Source: Candidatus Poseidoniales archaeon
GTDB lineage: Archaea; Thermoplasmatota; Poseidoniia; Poseidoniales; Poseidoniaceae
Direction: 5' to 3'
Length of the DNA: 64,000 nucleotides
NCBI GenBank assembly: GCA_009887195.1
Contig: QXXX01000087.1
Location: forward strand, 2,407-66,406
The notes under the pieces were generated by a model. The model had not been told where the DNA came from. It searched no databases and saw nothing but the letters and a program-made list of their open reading frames with translations. Position numbers and translations under genes: made by a program. Below, piece by piece: positions 26,316-35,548 of this stretch (its first letter is position 1; each line of letters opens with the position of its first letter).

Positions 26316-27884
26316 ATGGCGAAGAAAAAAACCTCGGCTGAAATGGCTCGTGAACAATCTGAACTTGCTAAAGTAGAAGGTATGCTAGGCGATGCTTTTG
26401 GCAGTTTAGGCGGCCTTGAACAATCAACTGAAGAAGAGATTTCAACAGAAACTTCTGATGCGGTTATAGATGAAACTGAAAGTGATGGTGTTGAAGTCAG
26501 TGAAACATCCGAAGCAAATGATTCAGAAGCCGAAATAGCAACGCCTCCTACTGAAAATGAGGATTCGGATCAACAACAAATCGTTGAAGCGCCGCCAGCG
26601 CCTCAGACCGGACCGCCATCAGGGCCTCCTAGTAAAGCGCCTAGCGGACCGCCTTCAGGTCCACCAACAGAAGGGCCAAGCAAGGGACCACCAACAGGAC
26701 CTCCTAGCAAAGCGCCTAGCGGACCACCTTCAGGTCCACCATCAGCACCGCCAAGCAAAGGGCCACCATCAGGGCCTCCTAGTAAAGCGCCTAGCGGACC
26801 ACCTTCAGATCCACCAACAGAAACGCCAAGCAAGGTACCACCACCAAGACCTCATAGTGAAGCACCCCCCGAACCTACTTCTATTGGGCCAGAAAGTGAC
26901 GCTCCGGTTGAGACGCCTGACACAGAAGTACCTGAGCAGGTAAATGAGGATAACAACGGCTCTGAAGAGGGCGATTCTAATGAAGTGGCTACTGAGGATA
27001 AAAAGTCCGAACTAGAAGAAGATGTCAAGCCTAATGAGGAATCAAATGAACAAGATGATGCTGAACCTATGGAGGCTGAAGCAGAGGAAGTACCTGATGA
27101 GAAACTGACCAGCGATGAGGAAAATGATAACGCTGAAAGTGAGGGAGATATTCAACAAAAAGAAGCTGAGATTGCAAGACTTGCTGCGGAAGTAGAACGG
27201 CTAAGAAGTTCTATGATTGGAGCTGCTGAAGTGATTGAAGAGTTAGAAAATCCACCTATGCCGCCTATTGTTGAGGAAGATGTGGTAATCGGTGCGCATA
27301 CTGTTGCTGACATAGCTAGAATGGCTAGGCAATTAGATCGTGATGAACTAGTTAGAGCCTCAATGGGCTCAATTGCAATGCTCCATCCGGAAAGCCCTGA
27401 AGTATTAATCTCGACAAAGCACAGCGCAATGTTACCAAGAATGAACGAGAAAGACATCTGTGCGGGTAAATTAGGTGGGAAGACCCCAAGAGGGGCTCCA
27501 GAAGATTGGCGAGTCCTAGAAGTGCTACTTGCGTCTGCCAGTTTGGTAACTGGCGGCCCTGCAGCAGTAATACACGCTCATGGACCTTACACAACAGCGG
27601 TAAGTTGTGAGCAAGATTTAGTCCTAATGCAGCCAATAGACGAGATTGGCAAAGAGCAAATTGGCAAAATTATCATTGTTGACCCAGACTCCGAAAACCC
27701 TGAAGAATTCCTTCGTCAAGTCGCTGAGGCTTTGCAGCAGGGTGGAATGAGATGCGTTGTGGTTAGAGGTAAAGGGTCTTATGCAGTGGGAGCAGATTTG
27801 GATCAAGCATGGGCAAATGCCGCAATGCTAGAACATAGTATGAAGATTGTAATGCTAGCCAGGCAAGCTAATCTCAAAGTATGA
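26316..27884 (+). CDS. Protein with acidic/proline-rich repetitive N-terminal half and C-terminal class II aldolase/adducin-like domain
   Basis: aa 99-173 is three 25-aa GPPSGPPSKAPSGPPSGPP... repeats. This is followed by an acidic region and a short coiled coil (EAEIARLAAEVERLR). The C-terminal about 200 aa has aldolase-II blocks (MGSIAM, LISTKHS, AAVIHAHGPYTTAVS, VVVRGKGSYAVGADLDQAWANAAMLE). Confidence 0.65.
   Translation: MAKKKTSAEMAREQSELAKVEGMLGDAFGSLGGLEQSTEEEISTETSDAVIDETESDGVEVSETSEANDSEAEIATPPTENEDSDQQQIVEAPPAPQTGPPSGPPSKAPSGPPSGPPTEGPSKGPPTGPPSKAPSGPPSGPPSAPPSKGPPSGPPSKAPSGPPSDPPTETPSKVPPPRPHSEAPPEPTSIGPESDAPVETPDTEVPEQVNEDNNGSEEGDSNEVATEDKKSELEEDVKPNEESNEQDDAEPMEAEAEEVPDEKLTSDEENDNAESEGDIQQKEAEIARLAAEVERLRSSMIGAAEVIEELENPPMPPIVEEDVVIGAHTVADIARMARQLDRDELVRASMGSIAMLHPESPEVLISTKHSAMLPRMNEKDICAGKLGGKTPRGAPEDWRVLEVLLASASLVTGGPAAVIHAHGPYTTAVSCEQDLVLMQPIDEIGKEQIGKIIIVDPDSENPEEFLRQVAEALQQGGMRCVVVRGKGSYAVGADLDQAWANAAMLEHSMKIVMLARQANLKV
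26610..26834 (+). repeat. In-frame tandem repeat, 3 x 75 bp
   Basis: Units 26610-26684, 26685-26759 and 26760-26834. The core CCTCCTAG(T/C)AAAGCGCCTAGCGGACC recurs at 26625, 26700 and 26775, exactly 75 bp apart. Confidence 0.9.
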
Positions 27885-27925
27885 CTGAAACAGGAATTGA
27901 TAAACGCTGATAAGAACCTCACAAC

Positions 27926-28885
27926 ATGAACAAGCGGCCTAAGATTGCTGTGTCTGCATGTCTAGTAGGGCAGAAAGTTAGACACAATGGTGATGCCGCA
28001 GAATCTAGAGTATTGACTACAGAGTTGGCCAATTATCTAGAAATATTGCCAATATGTCCTGAAATTGGTATAGGAATGGAAGTGCCAAGGTCAAAACTTA
28101 GATTAACAAAAATTGATGGGAAATTAGCCCTGGTAAATCCAAATGGTGGAGAAGAGTTCACCAATAAAATGCTTTCATATGCTGAAATACAGTCAGACCT
28201 GCTAGCTTCTGAGGGTATTTGCGGATTTGTTTTTAACAACGATTCGGCAAGCTGCGGATTAGAGTCTGTCAACGTTTATCATGACGATAACCCCACACCA
28301 ATACAGAACGGGCGGGGCCTATTTGCGATGGTCTTCACTTCGCTTAACCCACACATCCCGGTAATCAATCAATTACGTCTATCCGACCCGCGCCAAGCCG
28401 AACATTTCCTTGCCCGAGTGCATTTTCTAAATGAATGGAAAAAAAGTGGGGAAAATGGTTGGGATGCTGGTAAAATTATGCGCTTCCACAACGAGAACAA
28501 ATTGTTCTTACTTAGCCGAGCACCCCTAATGAAAAGGCTTCTAGGAAGACTAATTGCTACCAGATTTGACGAAGGAACTCATCCTGAGAATGTCGCTTTA
28601 GAATACATTACTGAGGCACAAAAAGGACTTCAAACATTGACTAAGAACGGCAGAATTGCCCACACTATGGAGAGAGTTTTTGGCAGGTTCTCTAACCAAC
28701 TATCTAAGGCTGAAAAGCAAGAAGTCGTCAAATTGATACATGGATTTAGAGAGGGTGTTTTACCAAGATCTGCCCCGCTAGATATGCTTAATCAGTACCT
28801 AACAAGATACAACATGGATGATAAGAATCTAAACAGATTCATCACTTCAGTTCCTTTAGAAATGGAATTGATGGCTAATGTTTAG
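27926..28885 (+). CDS. DUF523 (TudS-like) + DUF1722 (YbgA-like) fusion protein
   Basis: N-terminal PKIAVSACLVGQKVRHNGD is typical of DUF523. The C-terminal half (FHNENKLFLLSRAP..., LNQYLTRY) resembles DUF1722/YbgA. Confidence 0.7.
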   Translation: MNKRPKIAVSACLVGQKVRHNGDAAESRVLTTELANYLEILPICPEIGIGMEVPRSKLRLTKIDGKLALVNPNGGEEFTNKMLSYAEIQSDLLASEGICGFVFNNDSASCGLESVNVYHDDNPTPIQNGRGLFAMVFTSLNPHIPVINQLRLSDPRQAEHFLARVHFLNEWKKSGENGWDAGKIMRFHNENKLFLLSRAPLMKRLLGRLIATRFDEGTHPENVALEYITEAQKGLQTLTKNGRIAHTMERVFGRFSNQLSKAEKQEVVKLIHGFREGVLPRSAPLDMLNQYLTRYNMDDKNLNRFITSVPLEMELMANV

Positions 28886-29275
28886 TCAAATTTGTATTTG
28901 TATTTTTGATTCCTGTACTCTAGTTGGATAAACTTGGAGATCTTTCTGTTTGGACAGCTTACCAACAACTTTTCCAAACGGAGGGAATAGCGGGAATGGT
29001 GCCCATTCAACTAATTCGCCATCGGCAATTTGGTGTGTTGTTTGATGTAATGGACAACGTATACAATCATCCTTGACTTTACCGCCCCAAGCCAGCGGCC
29101 ATCTCATGTGCCTACACAATGCTTCAGTAGCGAAGTATGCACCTTCATGCATTCCTAGTAGAACCATTTTACCGTTGACTCTGAGCATTTTCTTTTTGCC
29201 GTTTTTCAGCTTTGACACCTTTATTGCGTCGTGCCAATTTAATTCCTCAGTTCCTGACATTTGCCATACCTCCAT
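28886..29275 (-). CDS. Rieske [2Fe-2S] domain protein
   Basis: Rieske ligand boxes CRHMRWPL and CPLHQ, about 18 aa apart. Overlaps the 3' end of the upstream SDR gene; alternative start ATG 29260. Confidence 0.75.
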   Translation of the reverse strand: MEVWQMSGTEELNWHDAIKVSKLKNGKKKMLRVNGKMVLLGMHEGAYFATEALCRHMRWPLAWGGKVKDDCIRCPLHQTTHQIADGELVEWAPFPLFPPFGKVVGKLSKQKDLQVYPTRVQESKIQIQI

Positions 29276-29978
29276 CTAAATTAAGCACTTGGCCGGTGAA
29301 ATTGTCTGGTGCCTCTGTTAATAACCATCTAATAGAAGTGGCAACTTCTTCTGGTTGATTAATTCGTTTCATTGGAATCATTGATACAGCTGCTTCACGA
29401 ATAGCATCTGATCTTAAAAATGCGCTGCCAAGTCTTGTTTCGGTTAATCCCGGGGCAACTGCGTTAACTCTAATGTTACGTTGTGCATAAGTGGCTGCTG
29501 ATGATCTAACCATTGCCTCAATCCCTCCTTTAGCAGCAGCGATAGCTTCGTGATTAACTAATCCCAAACTTCCTGCTACGCTAGAAGTAAAAACCAATCG
29601 GCCACCACCAGAACGCAACATTGACTTGCATATCAAAGACAATGACAGAAAGGCACTAGTTAAATTTGTCCGAATAACTTCCTCAAAATCCTCTACCTTG
29701 AGGGCATGGGGGGGCTTAACAAGAATTGAGCCTACTAAGTGAGCAGCACCGGCAATGCTTCCGTTACCATTTACTTTAGCGGTCTCTATCGCTGATTGGA
29801 GGTCAGCAGAATTCAAAGCATCACCAATAATGACGCTTACGCCACTGTTTGACAAGTGTTCAACTCTGGAGCTGTCGCGGGCTAGAATGGTGACTTGTTT
29901 GCCTTGTTCGACTAGTTGTGAGACTAATATTTGTGCAATGTCACTGCTGCCGCCAACCACTAAGTAGGATTCTGTCAT
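29247..29978 (-). CDS. Short-chain dehydrogenase/reductase-fold protein (atypical active site)
   Basis: Rossmann N-terminus YLVVGGSSDIAQ and IRVNAVAPG near the C-terminus. The usual YxxxK position reads IAAAK. Start trimmed to ATG 29978. Confidence 0.75.
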   Translation of the reverse strand: MTESYLVVGGSSDIAQILVSQLVEQGKQVTILARDSSRVEHLSNSGVSVIIGDALNSADLQSAIETAKVNGNGSIAGAAHLVGSILVKPPHALKVEDFEEVIRTNLTSAFLSLSLICKSMLRSGGGRLVFTSSVAGSLGLVNHEAIAAAKGGIEAMVRSSAATYAQRNIRVNAVAPGLTETRLGSAFLRSDAIREAAVSMIPMKRINQPEEVATSIRWLLTEAPDNFTGQVLNLDGGMANVRN

Positions 29979-30020
29979 GCCGCAATGTCGTTTGGTCAAC
30001 TTTTATACCCGTGTTTTGAA

Positions 30021-30617
30021 TTAATTCTTTGAATCTCGAGAGATTCTGCATATTTCGACAAAATTTTCAAACATCTCTTTACCGAATTCTGAATCATTGA
30101 CTTCGGGGTGAAATTGTAACCCGAACCGATCTCCTGCTTCATTTTCCATACCTTGTACCTTGCATGAAGGACTACTGGCAGTAATGAAAAAGCCTTCCGG
30201 GACTTCATGCACCTCGTCATTGTGCGATTCCCAAACCGTTTGAGACAGTGAGGTGTTTTGGAAAATTTTGCCTCCTTGGTTTTGTAATTCAATTTCCATT
30301 GCACCAAATTCTGGAATAGGTGATTCCCTTGCATCTCCACCGTAATGTCTTGCCATGAATTGATGTCCTGCGCAAATCCCAAGCACTGGTATGTCAAGTT
30401 CTAGGTATGCCGCACAGTTGCCTAACTCACCGGTCAAACCAACTCTTGCTGCCCCGCCAGAGAGAATTATCCCATCTAGTTCTCGAAGTTGTTCAACGGG
30501 AGTTGTATTGTCGATTATTTTGGTGTCTACCTTGAGATATCGTAACATTCTCCATTCTCTATGGGTCCATTGACCACCATTATCAACGACATCAATAACT
30601 AATGGTTTATCGCTCAA
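30021..30617 (-). CDS. guaAA: GMP synthase [glutamine-hydrolysing] subunit A (class I glutamine amidotransferase)
   Basis: VVDNGGQWTHREWRMLRYL, nucleophile elbow LGICAGHQ, and the QFHPE His/Glu pair. The length (198 aa) and overall similarity fit the archaeal split GuaA subunit A. Confidence 0.8.
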   Translation of the reverse strand: MSDKPLVIDVVDNGGQWTHREWRMLRYLKVDTKIIDNTTPVEQLRELDGIILSGGAARVGLTGELGNCAAYLELDIPVLGICAGHQFMARHYGGDARESPIPEFGAMEIELQNQGGKIFQNTSLSQTVWESHNDEVHEVPEGFFITASSPSCKVQGMENEAGDRFGLQFHPEVNDSEFGKEMFENFVEICRISRDSKN

Positions 30618-30626
30618 GTCATCACC

Positions 30627-31013
30627 TCACTCTGTGGCATTCTTTCTAGTATGAATAAACGATTGAACGCATAAATAAGTGTAGATTGAACCGGTGACTA
30701 GGAGCATCAACATCGAGCCTGAGGCGTAATTAATGCCATCGGACAACACCATGAAGAATCTAGTGCCACCAAGTGCACAAAGTAATCCAAAACTTACTGC
30801 AATATGCATCCATAATTTCTTTTTATGTGGTTGAAAGTTGGTCATTAGCCCTGAGATTAACAGAGGTACACCCATTATTGCCGGAATAAACGAGGTGATT
30901 GAGTTCGAGCCAGACAGTAACGATACCGCAATACCCCATGCAATAAGTAATCCTCCATACCCAATTGTAAGGTTAGTCATCGATATGCCCATCGGTTTAT
31001 ACTCGTCTGCCAT
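30627..31013 (-). CDS. Hypothetical 4-TM membrane protein
   Basis: 128-aa ORF that is almost entirely hydrophobic helices. It is the first gene of a tight minus-strand run (31013 to 28886). Confidence 0.5.
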   Translation of the reverse strand: MADEYKPMGISMTNLTIGYGGLLIAWGIAVSLLSGSNSITSFIPAIMGVPLLISGLMTNFQPHKKKLWMHIAVSFGLLCALGGTRFFMVLSDGINYASGSMLMLLVTGSIYTYLCVQSFIHTRKNATE

Positions 31014-31066
31014 GACTACGCCTCAAACTGAATATCTAAAATGGCTTTGAAACAATTGATGAATGA

Positions 31067-32437
31067 TTGTCTACTGGATTAGGTTGGTCGCCTATGGATT
31101 TATCGGATATTCCAGATGGTTGGCCCGGCAATATTTGGCTGGAAGGTAAGACTGTTGTTCACCTACAACCAAACCAAGAGCGCCCAACACATATGCCACG
31201 CGGGCCAGCCAAAAAAACCGGCGGTGGTTTTCTTAATCCTGCTATGGCACCTTCTAGAACAAGATCTGTTCTGCTGTTGCAGGATGCCTTAGAGAATAAT
31301 TGGTTGGCACCTGAAGACAAACCAATTCGAGCCTTTGATGCAATGTGCTCAACGGGAGTAAGGATAAGACGCTGGCGTAATGAAATTCCGCACCTCTTAC
31401 AAAGCAGATTGAGAATAACCGGTAACGACTTGAATGATTTTGCATTATCATGGGCGGTAAATTCTCACAACACAAATTTACCACAATACACTGAAAATAT
31501 TGAAATGAATCTAGACCGATATGGCTCTATGGCTCAAAGGATTCCTGTTGAAGGAATTTACTTTCAAAAAATGGACGCTAAATTAGCCATGGCTGATGCT
31601 TCCTATCAGTGGATTGACATTGACCCATTTGGCTCACCTGTCGCATTTATTGATTCAGCGATTCAAAGTTTAGCACGTACTGGAGTACTAGAAGTAACTG
31701 CCACTGATACTGCAGCATTAACTGGCTCGTCATCCAGTTCGCAAAAGCGCAGATATGCTGCTAGAGGGATTGTCGATGACTATGCCCATGATGATGCAGT
31801 AAGGGTTTTGTTGGGACTTATTGCAAAAACTGCTGCTATGCATGACCGGGTTATCAAACCAATAATGGCACTATTTGACGGACACCATGTAAGAGTTAGC
31901 GTATTAGTCAAATCGAGTAAAGAAGAAGCCTCTAATTTTCAGGACAGTATCGGCTGGCGCTTACGTTGTGAAGACATACCTTACAAATTTGTGAGATACC
32001 CCAATCAAGATCAAGTTGATTCTGCAAGTGGTCCGTTGTGGATTGGGCCGTTGATGGATAAAGAAATAGCAGGTAGAATGACCATTGAGAAAGCTATGGA
32101 GACCTGTTTGCCAAATGACCAAGAGATAGAGTTGGTAAAATCAAAGGGGCTAGAATGGAGTGATACTGATACAGAATATGCTGCTAGAGAAATGGCCCGT
32201 AGCGTCAAGCACATTGCTCAGGCTGCTGATTTACTAAGTCGAGAACATCTTTTACTAAGCCTAGACGCTATGCCAAGACTTGCTGGGACAAAGGGCACTC
32301 CAAAGATGGAGTATATTCTAAATGACCTTGTTGAATTAGGCTACTGCGCCGCTAGATACCCAGATATGGACCCTATGTTTGCCACAGATGCCCCGTTTGA
32401 GAAAGTATTACAGGTAGTCAGAAAGTATCACAATTAA
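31067..32437 (+). CDS. trm1: tRNA (guanine(26)-N2)-dimethyltransferase Trm1
   Basis: FLNPAMAPSRTRSVLLL, DIDPFGSP and TATDTAALTG blocks. Start TTG 31067 or ATG 31094. Confidence 0.85.
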   Translation: MSTGLGWSPMDLSDIPDGWPGNIWLEGKTVVHLQPNQERPTHMPRGPAKKTGGGFLNPAMAPSRTRSVLLLQDALENNWLAPEDKPIRAFDAMCSTGVRIRRWRNEIPHLLQSRLRITGNDLNDFALSWAVNSHNTNLPQYTENIEMNLDRYGSMAQRIPVEGIYFQKMDAKLAMADASYQWIDIDPFGSPVAFIDSAIQSLARTGVLEVTATDTAALTGSSSSSQKRRYAARGIVDDYAHDDAVRVLLGLIAKTAAMHDRVIKPIMALFDGHHVRVSVLVKSSKEEASNFQDSIGWRLRCEDIPYKFVRYPNQDQVDSASGPLWIGPLMDKEIAGRMTIEKAMETCLPNDQEIELVKSKGLEWSDTDTEYAAREMARSVKHIAQAADLLSREHLLLSLDAMPRLAGTKGTPKMEYILNDLVELGYCAARYPDMDPMFATDAPFEKVLQVVRKYHN

Positions 32438-33213
32438 CCAAATGAAGGGTCGATAAAATCATCTTTTTCTTCTGGCGCTGGCAACATTGTAGCAGTATTT
32501 TCAAACACGTCTCTTACGCTATTTTCTATCTCTCTTGCGTTCTCTAGTAAGTCTCCGAGTGGTATCTCTAGGCCTGTCAAATCACATACTGCTTCAATGG
32601 CTATTGCAGCAGCTCTGGCATCGGGATACATCGGGCTTGCCTCGGCTAGTAGTGCTGTAACATCTATGCCTAGGCGATCACCTTCGCCAAGTAAAAATCC
32701 AGTTATTCCGGCAACTATACCTTGTTGAATTGGTTCTATACCGGCTCTCTTTAGGTCATCTCTAGCAGATTTTGATGAACCCACCCCGTACAACTCACCC
32801 TGCTCGAGTTGTTGGTCATTTGAAGTGACTCCATCGATGATAATCAACTTGTCAAATCCTCCTTTAGTATACCATTCAAGGACCGTTGATGCGAACATAA
32901 TGTCTTGCTTATCTTGGAATTTTATTTCTGAGGTGAAGACCCCTATGCCGTTACCTTGGTAAACCCTCACTGGATGTTTGGGGATTTCGTCTTGAATTAA
33001 TGCGACTGCGGGAAAATCTGCATTTAGTACAGTTCCCAACTGATTTAATCTAAGGGTCCGAATTATGTGAGAAGCCGCAATGACTCCAACCATCCCAGCG
33101 GTAGTAAATCCAGCAATTGCAATTCCACCAGTAGTTGGGTCTGCTCCGCTCTTTAAGACAAGAGCGTATCCCTTGAACTCGTGTTCTGTCATGCCTACCG
33201 ATACATGCGTCAA
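32434..33213 (-). CDS. PAC2-family proteasome assembly chaperone homologue (Pba-like)
   Basis: GIAIAGFTTAGMVGVIAASHIIRTLRLNQLGTVLNADFPAVALIQDEIPKHPVRVYQ matches the PAC2/COG1938 N-terminal pattern. The C-terminus is ...DPSFG. Confidence 0.7.
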   Translation of the reverse strand: MTHVSVGMTEHEFKGYALVLKSGADPTTGGIAIAGFTTAGMVGVIAASHIIRTLRLNQLGTVLNADFPAVALIQDEIPKHPVRVYQGNGIGVFTSEIKFQDKQDIMFASTVLEWYTKGGFDKLIIIDGVTSNDQQLEQGELYGVGSSKSARDDLKRAGIEPIQQGIVAGITGFLLGEGDRLGIDVTALLAEASPMYPDARAAAIAIEAVCDLTGLEIPLGDLLENAREIENSVRDVFENTATMLPAPEEKDDFIDPSFG

Positions 33214-33319
33214 GGCAGGAGTTTGAAAAGACTACTATCAATTTCTCATACAATTATAAGTTCAGTAATTAATTGTAAACAGTTATCAATGTCCGGCTCT
33301 TGGGTTTTAATGAGATACT

Positions 33320-33820
33320 ATGTCTGATAAGAGCAAGATTTCGATTCATGTGGGTGAATTCGAATTTGAATATGAAGGTTCTCAAATTGAAGTCGATGAA
33401 AAGTTTGCCCAGTTTAAGGAAGAGGGTTTTTGGAATATCATGACCGATAGGCTGCAAGAGGCCAAGGATGTTAACCTCGATGCAAACGCGGTTGTTTCAA
33501 AGGAACAAGCTGTATCAGAACGAGGTCTTAAGTTTAGAAATTTAGTTGAGAATTGTAGCCTAGAAGGGAAGCCAGACCGGGTATTAGGGGCGCTTCATTT
33601 TCTAAGAGATGTTGAAGGAGTCAAAGATTGCCCGCCTAGAGTAATAAATGACTTATTTGAGGAAGCAAACATCGAGCCACCCGGCAATCTCTCGCTTTAC
33701 ATCAATCGATTAAAGGAAAAACAATTCCTCAATATTGCCAATAAGCACGGCGATAAAAATCGCTTTGCGGAATTAACTGAGCTTGGAAGAAAACATCTAG
33801 AAGCCAAAGCCGGAAATTGA
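33320..33820 (+). CDS. Hypothetical protein, probable C-terminal winged-helix
   Basis: 166-aa ORF. The C-terminal 70 aa (LSLYINRLKEKQFLNIANKHGDKNRFAELTELGRKHL) looks like a wHTH recognition helix plus wing. Confidence 0.5.
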   Translation: MSDKSKISIHVGEFEFEYEGSQIEVDEKFAQFKEEGFWNIMTDRLQEAKDVNLDANAVVSKEQAVSERGLKFRNLVENCSLEGKPDRVLGALHFLRDVEGVKDCPPRVINDLFEEANIEPPGNLSLYINRLKEKQFLNIANKHGDKNRFAELTELGRKHLEAKAGN

Positions 33821-33829
33821 GGATTACAA

Positions 33830-34270
33830 ATGGTAATGTCTGGTAACCCCGATGATCCTCGAGATAATACCGGGGAGGAAGGCGTAGTTCTTGATTGGTC
33901 ATATCAGAATAAAGCTGAAGCATTATTACGTAAAGGGCGTCATCCAGGATCGAATTTCAAACGAGCCATACTTGACAGAGCTGATTTGACAGAAGGAGAT
34001 TTTTCTAATTGCAATTTTAACAAAGCATCTATGGTAGAGGCTGATTTAATGAAATCGGCATTTGATAATACTGACTTCCGTGGAGCAGATTTACGTAAAG
34101 CAAGATTAAACCTGTCCAATTTTAATAATTGTAAATTCAAGGGAGCAGACCTTAGAGGTATCAGGGGAAAATACGCTATTTGGCGTGGCAGTGACTGGTG
34201 GAATGCTACTGTAGATGATAGTTTGGCAAAGGCGCTAAAAAAGAAATGGCCAAAACCAAGTGACGAGTGA
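33830..34270 (+). CDS. Pentapeptide-repeat protein
   Basis: ADLTEGDFSNCNFNKASMVEADLMKSAFDNTDFRGADLRKARLNLSNFNNCKFKGADLRG is consecutive A(D/N)LxX pentapeptides. Starts 9 nt after the preceding gene. Confidence 0.85.
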   Translation: MVMSGNPDDPRDNTGEEGVVLDWSYQNKAEALLRKGRHPGSNFKRAILDRADLTEGDFSNCNFNKASMVEADLMKSAFDNTDFRGADLRKARLNLSNFNNCKFKGADLRGIRGKYAIWRGSDWWNATVDDSLAKALKKKWPKPSDE

Positions 34271-34271
34271 T

Positions 34272-34946
34272 TTATTCTTCACTTTCGTTAACTTCATTTG
34301 GATTAATTAGTTCGACATTGTCCCAGAAATTACCTTTCATGGCTTTACGGGCTCGAGCATTAATCATTGGCAAGGCGGCAAATGCCCCACATACAAACAT
34401 GCATACCCCGCAAAGATAGACAAATATCTCATAAGTCAATAACAAGGCACCGCTAAGATTTGCGTCTGATGCAAGCCTGATTAATTGACTACCATATACT
34501 CCCGAAATCAAGCCTATTGTGGCCCCTGTGGTGGAAATTACGGGACCTGTTTGCTTTAATCTAAACGTATTTATTGAGCCGACAAGAATCAGGGTGCCAG
34601 CAATACCAAGACCTATTGCTCTGATGATAAAACCGTTCGAGTCTCTTGCATCATCATGAAATTGTTGATATTGCTCTTCGGTTATTTGCACATCTGATTG
34701 GCTATTTGGAGTCTCCAATAATGTCTCCACCTCTTCATTGGAGATATCCTCACTTGAGTGAAGCAGGAAGTCTTGATAAGATTGGAACAAAACCAAAATC
34801 GCACCCAAAAATAGTACCACTGCAATTGTCTTTGGGCCCTTTTTATCCTCCTTAATTGGAATCCCTCCCCATACATCTTTAGGGATTGAAGAAGATTTTT
34901 GTTCATCTTCCATTATTATTGAGAAATCAAATTGTTTTTCGGTCAT
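34272..34946 (-). CDS. Hypothetical membrane protein
   Basis: 224-aa ORF with 4-5 hydrophobic helices and acidic termini. Confidence 0.5.
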   Translation of the reverse strand: MTEKQFDFSIIMEDEQKSSSIPKDVWGGIPIKEDKKGPKTIAVVLFLGAILVLFQSYQDFLLHSSEDISNEEVETLLETPNSQSDVQITEEQYQQFHDDARDSNGFIIRAIGLGIAGTLILVGSINTFRLKQTGPVISTTGATIGLISGVYGSQLIRLASDANLSGALLLTYEIFVYLCGVCMFVCGAFAALPMINARARKAMKGNFWDNVELINPNEVNESEE

Positions 34947-34955
34947 ACCAACACC

Positions 34956-35366
34956 TCAAATTAAATGATTAGACAAGCCTTTTGCTAACCAATCTGGAAT
35001 TTCAGTAGATTCTAAACTGTCCATATCTACACAAACAGTCACCTGTTTGGAGGACCAAAGATGAGTTTCTTCTTGATTGTAAAAATCATATTGCCAAGTA
35101 CATGATTTAACGCCAACCTTCACAATAGATATCTGGGCGGTAACTACATCACCATATCTTAGAGGATGGATGAAATTTGTTTCAATATTCACCACTGGAA
35201 AACCAAGCCTGTATTGTTCAATGATTTGAGGATATGATGTACCGCTCATTTCCTCCCAACACTCTTCAAAAAAGCGGTGTGCTAAATCGTATATTCGAGG
35301 ATAATATGCTATGTTGGCATTATCTATCATAGGATAGTCAACCCTTCTTTGCAAAGTGACGGCCAT
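34956..35366 (-). CDS. Hotdog-fold acyl-CoA thioesterase (4HBT/YbgC-like)
   Basis: VDYPMIDNANIAYYPRIYDLAHRFFEECW (Asp in the usual catalytic position) and GDVVTAQISIVKVGVKSCTW are typical of 4HBT thioesterases. Confidence 0.7.
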   Translation of the reverse strand: MAVTLQRRVDYPMIDNANIAYYPRIYDLAHRFFEECWEEMSGTSYPQIIEQYRLGFPVVNIETNFIHPLRYGDVVTAQISIVKVGVKSCTWQYDFYNQEETHLWSSKQVTVCVDMDSLESTEIPDWLAKGLSNHLI

Positions 35367-35428
35367 ATCTGGTCCACCCAGTGCGTAATGATGAATCCTT
35401 GTATGTCGAATTTTTTTAACCCGTTGCG

Positions 35429-35436
35429 CTTATATT
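35429..35436 (+). promoter_or_regulatory. Candidate TATA box for tRNA-Arg(GCG)
   Basis: CTTATATT centred about 28 nt upstream of the mature tRNA 5' end (35461), the spacing expected for an archaeal promoter. Confidence 0.5.
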
Positions 35437-35460
35437 GGCCTCTCCAGTCGGTTGGTTTAC

Positions 35461-35537
35461 GGCCCCATAGTGTAGCTTGGATATCACACTGGTTTGCGGA
35501 ACCAGTAACCCGTGTTCGAATCGCGGCGGGGCCGCCA
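35461..35537 (+). tRNA. tRNA-Arg (anticodon GCG), CCA encoded
   Basis: GGCCCCATAGTGTAGCTTGGATATCACACTGGTTTGCGGAACCAGTAACCCGTGTTCGAATCGCGGCGGGGCCGCCA. Anticodon stem CTGGT/ACCAG, loop TTGCGGA, T-arm CCGTG-TTCGAAT-CGCGG. There is one A7:C66 mismatch in the acceptor stem. Confidence 0.85.
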
Positions 35538-35548
35538 TTTATTCTCAA

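Noticed and set aside
26557-26943. Track ORFs 26557-26943 (+) and 26603-26833 (-) overlapping the proline-rich repeat
   Set aside because: These are frame-shifted or antisense readings of the 75-bp repeat (HQQ..., GGP...). The frame that continues into the aldolase-like domain is the only one with a coherent full-length product.
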